From: Mobula hypostoma
Taxonomy: Eukaryota
NCBI RefSeq assembly: GCF_963921235.1
Contig: NC_086097.1
Span: 225,186,001 to 225,250,000 of the forward strand
Length of the DNA stretch: 64,000 bases
Direction of reading: 5' to 3'
The notes beneath the pieces are model-generated. The model worked only from the letters and a program-made list of their open reading frames with translations. It was not told the DNA's origin and did not search any database. Positions 52,102-64,000 of the stretch are shown here, piece by piece. Numbering within the stretch: position 1 is the first letter of the stretch; every line of letters begins with the position of its first letter. The position numbers and the translations under genes are program-made.

Positions 52102-53829
52102 CCCAAGTATTTAGTATGTTTCTAAAACTGCATGGGGTGGGGTGCAGGGGTGGCCATCAAGCGTGAGTGGGAGCCACATACATTAAATATAGAGGCAGGA
52201 ATCCCTTGGCTGGGTGTATCATAACTGCTGGATTGTCAAGGAGTGACAGAGCGGCTGTGTAGCATTCTAGGTAAGAGGTGAATGTTAGGATTCATCGCCT
52301 GTATCTGCACATCCCGGGTTCTTCATGAGGGAGAACTCAACACATCCGAAGAAGCTGCCATGGTAATTTTACACTACAACACCATTTGCCATTTATTTTC
52401 CATTCTGCTGCCCACTTACTTAGCTGATCAAAATCCCCACGTAATTTTTCATAACATTCTTCAATACCCACTATACTGCCAATTTAGTGTCACCACTATC
52501 TTACTGACCATAACTTGTACATTCTTACACAATCTTTGATACTGATGGCAAATAACAATGGGTCTAGCCACAACCCCTGAGGCCCACTACTAGTCACAGG
52601 GCTCCAATCTGAGAAACAACCATGGATTTCTATTTTTGAGCCAAATGTGCATCCCATAAGCTCATTCTTCCTGGATCCCATGCATTCTAACCTTCCAGAA
52701 CAGCCTGGCAAGTAGAACCTTATCCAAGGACTTACTGCTAAGGCCTATTGATGTGCCCACATCAATCTTCTTTGTCACATCATCAAAACACAATCAAGTT
52801 CATTCGACATGATCTCCCATGGATAAAAACATATTGACTACCTCCAATCAAACCTTGTCTTTCCAGATGTACATATATCTCATTCCTCACAATTGTCTCC
52901 ATTAACATACAATACCTACCACAGATGTTAGATATTGCTTACAGATTAATAAATAGAGAGATATGTTAGTAAAATTCTAAATGTACAGTTAGAAAGCAAT
53001 CTCCATATGAGAATTAAATCTTTAATAAAAGCACAACATAAATTCCCAAGGTCGCTGCTGGGTCTGAGAATGTGAAATAAGACTTGAAGATTTAGGAGTG
53101 AACAGATTACAAAGTAATATAATTACGATGTTTAAATTGCTGTAAGGAAATGAGAAACAGATAAAGCTGGCTGCTTCCACGAGCAGAAGGGTCAAGAACA
53201 AGGGACCACAGAGACAAGATTAAATGTAAGAAACTTAGATCAGAGGGCAGGGCAATCATCTTAACACAAAGAGTTGAGAAGCTCTGGAATTCACTTCCAT
53301 GGTTAATGGCAGAAGCAGGAACTAAGCCAACTTTCAGGGTTAAATTGATTAAGGTGAATAAAGGAAAAAAGATTGAATGGATATATGAACAAGGTGGTTA
53401 TGTATGATTGCACCTTACTGTCTGCAGGGAAAGAATCGGTTAGATCTGTATTTTCAGTAGTCTGTAGTTAATTGCATCTTCCCAAATACGATGAAAGGAT
53501 GCAAGGATGCTAGAAGGTGAGCTGATGAAAATAAATCTATCCATTTTAAGTAACATCCGAATTTCCTTCATGTTATCTTCGCTAGCATCTTTCCAATATG
53601 TAATGAGAACTAGTTTCTAGCCCTTTCCATGAGGCTATTTTAAATGTGACTGCAGAATGATACCTTGACTATCAAAGCATCTGATTGCACCAACTTCAAA
53701 TTTATTACTTATTCTTTTTCATGGATGAGACAGAGAGCACGTGGTAATTGCATGCCATACCAAGGCTGACGAATGGATCAGACCTGAGCTGGGATCAGAA
53801 CGCCAATACTGCTACAGAATGCCAGGGTG

Positions 53830-54345
53830 ACTTGTGGGGGGCCCTGAAAGATGAGATTAGGACCATGCTGGAGATGGGAGTCATCCAGCCTTCAAATAGT
53901 AAGTGGCGCAGTCCTGTCATTATTGACCTCGAAAAGGATGGCACCCTGAGGGTATGCATTGATTTCTGTAAATTGAATGCCATTTCTGTAGTTGATGCCT
54001 ATGCTATGCCGAGCATTAGAAAGGATTGGACGGGCAAACTGCATTACTACACTAAACCTTAGTAAAAGTTCCTGGATGATCAATCAAGACCCCTCACTGC
54101 CTTCTGCACACCCCTGGGGCTGTTTCAATTTACAGTGATGCCTCTTCGTCTTCATGGTGCACCAGTAACCTGCCAGGTACTGATGGACCGGGCACTATAA
54201 GGCTGTGAGGACTACCTAGATGACAAGGTTGTCTACAGGCGGATGTGGTCAGAGCTCCTGAACCATCTGCGCAAGGTCCTGGGGAATATTCATGCTGCCG
54301 GTTTCACCCTAAATCTACAAAAATACGAGTTTGCAAAAAGGGACA
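53830..54345 (+). mobile_element. Decayed Gypsy reverse transcriptase fragment
   Basis: MLEMGVIQPSNSKWRSPVII..KDGTLRVCIDFCKLNA, TAFCTPLGLFQFTVMP..LHGAP and YLDD motifs. Confidence 0.88.
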
Positions 54346-55350
54346 GAGTGGAGTTACCCCCTCTGCTTCAAGAGCCTGATGGTTGAGTGGTAATAACTGT
54401 TCCTGAACCTGATGGTGTGAGTCCTGAGACTCTTATACCTTCTTCCTGATGGCAGCAGCGAGAAAAGAGCATTCCCTGATGATGGATGCTGCTTTACTGC
54501 AACAATGTTTCATGTTGATATGCTTAATGGTTGGGAGGGCTTTACCCTTGATGGACTGGGGCATCTCCACTACTTTTTGTAGGATTTTCTGTTCGAGGGC
54601 ATTGGTGTATCTGTACCAGGCTGTGATGGCATTGGGGTATCTATACCAGCTGTGATGCACCCGATCGATATACTCTCCATTACACATCGATAGAAGGTAG
54701 TCAAGGTTATAGGTGCAAAGCCGAATTTTTTTGCAAACACCTAAGGTAGTTAAGGGTCTGCTGTGCTTCCTTCATAGTTGCACATGTGTGTGGGCCCAGG
54801 ACAGGTGCTCTGAAACTGTAAAACTGAGGAATTTCAAGTTGTTGACGCTGATGAGGACTGGCTCATGGACCTCCGATTTCATCCTCCTGGTCAATAATCA
54901 ACTCCTTGATCTTGATGACATTGAGTAAGAGATTTTGTTATGACAGCACTCAGCCAGATTTTCAATCTCCCTCCTATATGCTGATTCGTCACCACCTTTG
55001 AATCGGCCACAACAGTGTTGTCATCAGCAAACTTAAATGTGGCATTGGAGCTCTGCTTAGCACACAGTCCGAAGTGTAAAGCGAGTAGAGCAGGGGGCTA
55101 AGCACACAGCCTTATGCTGTACCTGTGCTGATGGAGATTGTGGGGGAGATGTTGTTGCCAAACCGAACTGACCAGGGTCTGAAAGTGAGGAAATTCAGAA
55201 TCCAATTGCACAAGGAGGTATTGAGGCTAAGGTCTTGAAGCGTATTGATTAATTTTTAGGGGATGATAGTATCGAGTGCTGAGCTGTGGTTGATAAAGAG
55301 CATCCTGATGTATGTATCTCTGCTGTCCAGTTGTTCCAAATCAAGTGGCA
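54346..55350 (-). mobile_element. Rex1-type LINE RT and 3' fragment
   Basis: Reverse KFADD (tcatcagcaaactt), LQKVVEMPQSI..ALPTI and AASII motifs. Confidence 0.8.
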
Positions 55351-57049
55351 GATCATTTGAAAAACCTGCTCCCATTGTTGCTGCATGCTGGTGATAGCGA
55401 GTTTGAACAAAATAATTAGTAAGTTTCTCTTTTTCTGCATTCTTTAGTTACATTAAAATAACTTTCATTTGTCCATCATCAGTGCAGATTTGGCAACATT
55501 TGAATAGACCCACACAAGAAAAATACTGAATAAATCTGGCATTTAAGGTAGAAAATTTAAAAAAATAATAGCTTTCCTCTCCTTTAAAAGATGATCTGGG
55601 GTTAATCACTAACATCGTTCTGAAATGATTTGCTTGTTGGTGAAGTGCTGCAGATGAGAGGAGCAGCTCCGTGATATTCATAAAACCCACTAGATTTTCT
55701 TTTAGCTGCTAAAGCAACTCTGCTTCCATCAAGCATGTCTCGGTTTTAATAAAAAAAACTTGAGTGGCATAGGTGAAAAATGACTTTCCTCACCCGGTCA
55801 TCTGTCTGTCATGTATTATGCAGGTCAGCAGTATTTGTCCTGAAGTGTATCTTTCCGTAGTTGTGTCAGGTATGAAATATGCTCAGTGTAATTCCATCAG
55901 ACTCTGCAAAGTTGATTAGAACAGATCACCTTTCACCAAAGACATCTTAACAGATTGACTGAAGAAGACTTATTGTAAGTGTACACTTAGAGAAAGAACA
56001 AATTCTAATTTTGTGGTTCTTTAAGTTTGGGAGCTGCAAATCCTTATGTCATTTCCTGAGGATGAAATGCAGTTGGTGGAAGCATACATCTATTCTCTTC
56101 CCACACTCCCTTCAGCTCCTAAGTGCATTCCTTTATTCAGACACAGAAGAACTCTGACCTAACAGATCATGTTGAACAATTTCAAGGCACACAGGCACTT
56201 AAGTTCCATTTACCGTTCAGATAACAGGATTGCTCATAATTTTGAGGTTAATTTATTTATTTAGTGAGGTACAGTGTGGAATAGGCTCTTCTGGCCCTTC
56301 GAACTGCACCACCCTGCAATCCCCAATTTAATCCAAGCCTAATCACGGAACAATTTACAATGATCAGCGAACCTATCAAACGGTATATCTTTGTACCGGG
56401 AGCAGGGATTTGTACGTGATCAGACACTGGGTACGGATGGTCTGTGGCTATGACAGGATAGTGAAGATTTCAACACTCTTTATCAAGGCCACGCACACGA
56501 TCTGCTGTGGATGAAGAGTATATGGTAGAAGGAAGCTGATAGTCCTGCACAAGCATCAACAGACGTGACAGAAAGTCAAAATATCTGCAGATGCTGGAAA
56601 TCTGAAATTAAATAGAAAACTCTGGGGATGCTCAGCAGCTCAGGCAGTATCTGCTGCAAGAAAAGCAGCTAATGTTTGAGGTTGAAGATCTTTTGCCAAG
56701 TAAAGCTTTATCAGTGCTCTCACCTTCTAAATGCCCTCATTGAGACTTTTGACTGGAGGAGCTGCTCTCCAGCTATCCCCTTAGCAACTGTCTCACCCTT
56801 TACTCATCACCCACATATAGTTTGCAACCTAAAACAAACTTCTTTTCCCCTCTTTCCTCACTCTGAAATATTAACTCAATTGCATGACCTGCTGAGTGCT
56901 TGCAGCTCTTCCTGGTTTTGTTTCAGAAAGCCTGCATACTTTATCAAGGAACATGAAGGAGTCCAGCTTCAGATACTGTATGCACTGTGCTAGACACAGA
57001 AGTTTCTAGCAACCTTTAGCAGCATGTAAGTGATGGTCTGCTCCATGTG

Positions 57050-57480
57050 AGAATCAGGGTCAGTTTTAATATCACCGGCATATGTTGTGAAATCTGTTGA
57101 CTTTGTGGAAGCAATACGATGCAATACATAATACAGAGAAAAAAAACTGAATTGCATTAAGTATATATATAAATAGTTAATTTAAATTAGTAGTGCAAAA
57201 ATAGAATTAAAGAGTAGTGACATAGCATAGCGTTCATGGGTTCAATGTCTATTCAGAAACTGGATGGCAGCAGCGAAAAAACTATCCCTGAATTTTTGAT
57301 TGTGTGCCTTCAGACATCTGTACCTCTTTCCTGATGGTAACAATGAGAACAAGGCATGGCTTGGGTGATGGGAGTCCTTAATGATAGACGCCGACTTTTT
57401 GAGCATCGCTCCTTGAAGATGTCCTGGATGCTACGGAGGCCAGTGCTCATGATGGAACTGACTAAATATACAACTCTTAC
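57050..57480 (-). mobile_element. Rex1-type 3' end
   Basis: SIMSTGLRSIQDIFKERC and gaatcaggg...tttaatatcaccggcatatg tail. Confidence 0.75.
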
Positions 57481-57814
57481 CAGAATCCGATAGTCCAAAT
57501 TTCAGCTTCCATTAGCAAACATGGTATGATGGCGCAGAAGCACGGTGACACCTGTAGGCTACCTCCACCGTATCCTAAAACTGTGATGCAACGTATTTCA
57601 CTGTATGTTTTGATGCTTTGATGAACAAATGTCTAATAAGGCTAATCTTTCAGTTCTATAGAACATACCCAACATCCAGATACTGTGGTTGAAGCTTAGT
57701 CTTCCTCATACAGACCCAAGCTGCTGCCATTGCAGCTCTGGTCACCGGTATTCATTAGTGAATGAATCATGGCTGCACTTCAAGGAATAAACTCTCCCAC
57801 TAATCCCATGAAGC

Positions 57815-58003
57815 TGCCCATTGGTGTAGTGGCATCAGCACTGGATCTTGAGGCGAGCAGTCTCGGGTTTGAATCGGGTCAGCTCCTTCCACGCTTTCTA
57901 TCCGTGCTGTGTTGAGCGTCGAGCTAGCAACTCGACCTCAACAAAAAAAAAACAGGCAGAATTGGTAAAGAAATGGGGAGGTTTCCACCCAATGCACCGC
58001 AGT
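57815..58003 (+). mobile_element. tRNA-derived SINE
   Basis: A box TGGTGTAGTGG, B-box-like GGTTTGAATC, possible TSD tgaagc. Confidence 0.6.
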
Positions 58004-58624
58004 TGAAGCAACACCCAAAGAGTGCGACTCTGTGGAGCAGGAATTTCTGTCCTTCTCAAAGAAAGTGTTTGTCTTGATGGTTGCTCTCACCTGTGCTGTG
58101 GTACAGTGGCTCTCACATATCTGGGTTCCATGCTTAAAGAGCTCGCCCTGCTCTGCACCAATGTCTGAGAGTGAAGACAAATTCATTCAACGCCTGACAC
58201 ACCCATGACAGCAATGAACTGTAGAAAATGCCAAACAGGTGAAGAACTGTAAAAATGCCTGATAGAGGTCAATCAGAAGATATTCGCTGGCCCTATAAAT
58301 AGTGCTTCTGGGGATATTTCCTGCAGCTGCACAGACATTCAGTTGCAGGTATCAGCTATTAGATATCAGCAACTGTATTAGTTCCAACCTGAAATATAAA
58401 CAAATGCACCCTTAAATGCTCTACAGATGTTCCCTCTGTTTTTAAAAAGAGCATTTGAAGAGTCATATGGTGATAAAACACTACAGCACAGAAACAGGCC
58501 AATCTATTCTCTGCTGAACTATTACTCTGCTAGTCCCATCAACGTGCACGAGACCATAGCCCTCCATACCCCTCACATCCATATATCTATCTAAATTGCT
58601 CTTAAATGTTGAAATCAAACCTAC

Positions 58625-59707
58625 ATAGTTGGATGCATCAGCAAGGGGGATGAGGCTGAGTACAGGGCTATGGTAGGAAACTTTGTCACGTGGTGTGAGC
58701 AGAATTATCTGCAGCTTAATGTGAAAAAGACTAAGGAGCTGGTGGTAGACCTGAGGAGAGCTAAGGTACCGGTGACCTCTATTTCCATCCAGGGGGTCAG
58801 GGTGGACATGGTGGAGGATTACAAATACCTGGGGATACGAATTGACAATAAACTGGACTGGTCAAAGAACACTGAGGCTGTCTACAAGAAGGATCAGAGC
58901 CATCTCTATTTCCTGAGGAGACTGAGGTCCTTTAACATCTGCCGAATGATGCTGAGGATGTTCTACGAGTCTGTGGTGGCCAGTGCTGTCATGTTTGCTG
59001 TTGTGTGCTGGGGCAGCAGGCTGAGTGTAGCAGACACCGACAGAATCAACAAACTCATTCGTAAGGCCAGTGATGTTGTGGGGATGGAGCTGGACTCTCT
59101 GACGGTGGTGTCCGAAAAGAGGATGCTGTCCAAGTTGCATGCCATCTTGGACAATGTCTCCCATCCACTACATAATGTATTGGTTGGGCACAGGAGTACA
59201 TTCAGCCAGAGACTCATTCCACCGAGATGCAACACAGAGCGTCATAGGAAGTCATTCCTGCCTGTGGCCATCAAACTTTACAACTCCTCCCTTGGAGGGT
59301 CAGACACCCTTAGCCAATAGTCTGGTCCTGGACTTATTTCCTCGCATACTTTACATATTGCTATTTAACTATTGCAACATACATCAAAGTTGCTGGTGAA
59401 CGCAGCAGGCCAGGCAGCATCTATAGGAAGAAGCGCAGTCGACGTTTCAGGCCGAGACCCTTCGTCTGTCCTGACGAAGGGTCTCGGCCTGAAACGTCGA
59501 CTGCGCTTCTTCCTATAGATGCTGCCTGGCCTGCTGCGTTCACCAGCAACTTTGATGTATGTTGCTTGAATTTCCAGCATCTGCAGAATTCCTGTTGTTT
59601 GCTATTTAACTATTAGTGGTTTTATTACTATTTATTATTTATGGTGCAACTGTAACAAAAACCAATTTCCCCCGGGACCAATAAAGTATGACTATGACTA
59701 TGACTAT
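58625..59707 (+). mobile_element. Young Rex1/Babar LINE 3' part; its UTR carries a PLE hairpin
   Basis: 216-aa open frame nearly identical to the 6850 copy, (GACTAT)n tail. Confidence 0.92.
59374..59598 (+). mobile_element. 225-bp PLE-derived fold-back element with perfect 93-bp arms, hammerhead motif and 16-bp TSD
   Basis: Arms 59374-59466 and 59473-59565, loop tgtcct. TSD ttgctatttaactatt at 59358-59373 and 59599-59614. CTGACGA at 59471, GAAACGTC at 59491-59498. Confidence 0.93.
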
Positions 59708-62700
59708 ATCCACCACTTCTGCTGGCAACTCGTTCTCCACTCTCACCACCCACTGAGTGAAGAGATTTCCCTCATGTTCCCCTTAAACATTTACACCCTT
59801 AGACCATGATCTCCAGTTCTAGGCTCACCCAACCTCAGTGGGAAAAGCCTGCTTGCATTTATCATATCTATAACCTTCATAATTTTGTATACCTCTATCA
59901 AATCTCCCCTCATTCTTCTATGGAGTAGGAAATGAGGTCCTAATCTATTCAACCTTTCCTTATAATTCAGGTCTTCAAGTATTGACAACATCCTTGTCAA
60001 TTTTCTCTGCACTCTTTCAATCTTATTGACATTTTTCCTATAAGTAAGTGACCAAAACTGGACATAATACTCCAAATTAGGCCTCACCAACGTAATATTC
60101 AACTTCAACACAAAATCCCAATTCCTGCACTCAATGCTTAGATATTTGAAGACCGCACTCTTCAGTGCCTTACCGTTCACCATGTTATTCCTACCCTGGT
60201 TTAGCCTCCCAAAGTGCAACACCTCACATTTGTATGTATTAAATTCCATCTGCCATTTTGCAGCCTATTTTTCCAGCTGGTCAATTCCCACTGCAAACTT
60301 TGATCATCATCTTTGCTACACTCCACTACACTCCAAATCCTGGTGTCATCTGCAAATTTGCTGATCCAGTTTACCATGTTATCATCCAGGTCATTGATAT
60401 AGATGACAAACAACAATTGACCCAGTGCTGATCCCTGTAGCACACCACTAGTCTCAGGCCTCCAGTCAGAGAGGCAACCATCTACTACCACTCTCTGACT
60501 TCTCCCATGAAGCCAATGTTTAACCAATTTAATACCTCATCTTGAATGCCGAGCGACTGAAGCTTCTTGACCAATCTCCCTAATGGGACCTTGTTAAAGG
60601 GCTTGCTGAAATCCATGCAGACAACATCCATTGCCTTGCCTTCAGCAACTTTCCTGGAAACATTCTTGAAAAACTCTATTGTTGTAGATTGGTTGGACAT
60701 GACCTATAACATACAAAGCTGTGCGGACTATCCCTAATCAGTCTATCCAAATATTTATATATCCAGTCCCTTAGACTACCTTCTAATATCTACCCACTAC
60801 TGATGTCAGGCTCATTGGCTTATCCTTAGAACCTTTTTTAAACAATGGAACAACATTAACTATCCTCCGACCCGTCAGTACCTCATCTGCATCCAAGGAC
60901 ATTTTAAATACCTATCTCTGCTGCAGCCCCTGCAGTTTCTGCATTATCCTCCCACAGGGTCTGAGGGAACAACTTGTAATGTCCTGGGGAATATCCACCA
61001 CCTCAATTTTCCTCAAGACAGCAAATACCTTCTCCTCAGTAATCTGCATATGGTCCATGACCTCACTGCTGGTTTGCCTCACTTCCATAGATTCTGTGTC
61101 CATCTCCCAGATGCAAAAAAAAACATTTAAGATCTCTCCCATCTCTTTCAGCTCCATGCATAGTTGACCACTCAGATCTTCCAGGGGACCAGTTTTGTCC
61201 CTTGCTATGCTTTTTCTCTTACAGTACCTATAAAAAATATCCCCCCCCCCCCCCACCCCGGGAGTGTTCATGCTTTATTGTTTTACATCATTAATTCCCA
61301 GTGGATTTAGTTTGGCTTTCTTTGACATGGATCAACAGAAAAAGACCCTTTCATGTCAAAGTGAAAACAGATCTCTACAAAGTGACCTAAATTAATTACA
61401 AATATAAAACAGCAAATACAGCAAGAAGGCAGGATAATGGGTTTGAAAGGATAATAAATCAGCCATAATGGAATCGTGGAGCAGAACCAATGGGCTGAAT
61501 AGCCTAATTTTGCTCCTATGTCTTATAGCCTTAACCCTTTGGCATGATGGCCCATTAACCCCTTGGCACAATTTGCTCCAGTGGAATGACACACACACAA
61601 TTTCTTGTTGGAATTACTTCAGCACCTGTAGCTCCCAAATTTCATACTGGAAAAATATAAGTATATCTCGGTTATGATTCACTAATTACCAAAACCTAAT
61701 CTTCAATAAAAGGTGAAGAAAGCAAATCACTTTTAGCATTTTTTTTGCAGTGTGTACAAAAATTCATTATGTGTTTGCACACAGAGAGTTTAACACTTTG
61801 CAAACTTGATGGAATGAAGACAGCTCACTTCTGCTTCTATTCCGTCGTAATAGATTTTAGGACAGGATAGAAACAACCATTAGCAGCTTAAGTTATAAAG
61901 CTTTGGCAAGAGCTAACTGGCATCTTTCAATTTTTCGATGCATTTCAAATCTGTGTCATAATGTCTTAACTCTACATAAGACTAAATGACTTCTCATAAT
62001 ACAGCTTAAGCTTTGATGTTTTATATTAAAGAATTAATGATGACTGGTGCAGATATGCCAGATGGATTGTTTCCAGATATACTGGCCTACTTTTTTTTCA
62101 TTTTTCATTTGTAGAGATTATAAAGAATAATATGCACAGTGTAAGTTTAGCGGCTCTAACTAATATACAACATAAAATCTCTTCCTAGCAAATAATTTAT
62201 ATATTTATTTTTCAAATAACGCAGGAAACTTACTTCTATAATTTGATGAATTTATTGGTATTGTTTATAAGAATAAATAGAAAATTATTTCTCTTGCATA
62301 TACAAATGTAATGTTAAAACTTTTATATTACACAGACATACTTTAGTCTGGTTTAATTCAAGAATGCTTGGAGTATAGTTAGAACACCATGAATTACAGA
62401 GACTGTGGGGTCTAGGTGATACAGATTGGAAATCTGCTGCAGAGTCTAATGTGTACTCCTTCGACCCAGTGCAGACACTGCAAAAAATGCACTCTGCTCA
62501 CCGAGTGGCCACTGTCTAGTCAGCAATGTTTAGAGTATTGGCTGCCCTATTGTATCGTTGGGAGTCTGAAATTTTGAAGGGCTGGCACCAAGTTTAAAGT
62601 GAAATCTATTTGTGCTGCTTGGAGGGGAGCTGTACTGTGATCATTGCAGGGGGTGCAAGCCATTGTGAGATAATTATGATTTTCCCATAGACAAATGGCA

Positions 62701-62779
62701 CAAAACAGGAGGGATTGTTATATTGTCATTTGCTATACTGGAAGCTATGTTAGAGGACATAAAGAGGAGGATATCCCTC

Positions 62780-63990
62780 ATTAACCACAAGGGGCCAAAC
62801 TCCTGAACCAGGGACTCTCCACCTCTTTGCAACTGGATCCTTGACTTCCTGACCAACAGATCACATTGTGTTAGAATAAGCAGCAGCACTTCAGCTACAA
62901 CTGTTCAGAGCACTGGCGCCCCACAAGGCTGTGTTCTCAGCCCCCTCTAGCTTTCTACTCTCTGAACGCTCATGACTGCGTGGCCAGATTCTCCTCTAAC
63001 TCCATCTACCAGTTTGCAGATGATGCCACCATTGTGGACTGCATCACAGATAGTAATGAGTCGGAACAGGAAGGAGATAGTGAGCCTAGTGACATGGTGT
63101 CGTAAGAGTAATCTTCCCCTCAATGCCAGCAAAGCAAAAGAGCTGGTCACTGACCTTGGACAAGGGTGGGACAGTGCACATTTTCCTGTTTACATCAATG
63201 AGGTTGAGAGCATTTCGAGTTTCAAGTTCTGACAAGGGAACATTATCAATACCGGTCCTGGACAATTCAGATTCAGATCCTTGTTGATACCATAGACAAG
63301 AAAGCACACCAATGGCAGGCAGGAGGCTGAAGAAATTTGCCATGTCCCCTTCTGACCGCTACCAATTTTTATCTACAGATCATAGAAATCAAAATCAGGT
63401 TTAATATCACTGGCATTCATTGTGAAATTTGTTATTTTACAGCAGCAGTAGATTACAATTTATTGTAATAATAACAAAACATTAGAATAAGACATATATA
63501 AAACAATTGAATTAAATAGTAGTGCAAAAAGAGAGAGAAAATACTCAGGTAGTGTTCATGGGCTCATTGTCCTTTCAGAGAACTGAAAGCGTCCTATTTG
63601 GATGTACCACAGCTTGGTATGGGAAGTACTCTGCTCGTGAATGCATGAAACTGCAGGGAGTACGTTATTCTCTCTTCTCTCCTCTTCCATAAGGAGGAAA
63701 ATAGTAAAACATGAAATAACATACTACCACACTGAAAGACAGCTTCTATCACACTGATATAAGACTAATTGAATATTCCCTAGAATGATAAGATGGACTC
63801 TTGACCTCACAGTCTACCTTGTTCTGACTTGGCACTGCACTTCATCTGAAACTGTAACACTTTATTTGGCATGCTGTTGTTGTTTTACATTGCACTATCT
63901 GAATGCACTATTGTAATTCATTGATCTGTGATGATGGTATGCAAGAAAAGTTTTTCATTGCCCCTCAAAACATATGACAAGAATAAAGTA
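62780..63990 (+). mobile_element. Rex1-type LINE RT to 3' end, interrupted by a reverse tail fragment (63385-63580)
   Basis: [21 protein letters not shown] and LNASKAKELVTD motifs. Confidence 0.85.
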
Positions 63991-64000
63991 ATTTAACTTA

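Larger units (their letters stand above)
58455..61235 (-). mobile_element. CR1 ORF2 RT to 3' end, interrupted at 58625-59707
   Basis: DVVCMDFSKPFNKVP, SGVLQGSALG, SKFADDT, LVRPNLEY and MRGDLIEVYKI motifs. Confidence 0.9.

Noticed and set aside
59374..59565. miRNA precursor or classical DNA-transposon MITE
   Set aside because: The arms are PLE terminal sequence. The element is asymmetric (33-nt unpaired tail) and has a 16-bp TSD typical of retrotransposition.

Overview
Eukaryotic, repeat-dense vertebrate DNA. The repeat landscape (CR1 and Rex1/Babar LINEs, HE1-like SINEs, Penelope-like elements) suggests a cartilaginous fish, probably a ray; this is an inference. The only host coding sequence I can support is the 3' end of an unidentified plus-strand gene: an internal exon at 5023-5329 and a probable terminal coding exon at 11081-11119. 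The rest is intronic or intergenic. It holds nested LINE fragments, Neptune-type Penelope-like elements (PLEs), tRNA- and RTE-related SINEs, Gypsy remnants, a solo LTR, Tc1/hAT MITEs and a decayed Chapaev3-like transposon. The most striking structure is the PLE terminal repeat. It carries a minimal type I hammerhead ribozyme motif in about 10 copies, some with a shared A6C core variant. It also occurs as short fold-back insertions flanked by target-site duplications (TSDs), including a perfect 93-bp-arm palindrome at 59374-59565, and the 5' ends or hairpin apices of these insertions fall inside the ribozyme. Most ORFs in the provided track are retroelement debris or chance. Family names come from recognised motifs, not database searches, and repeat boundaries are approximate unless a TSD is given.
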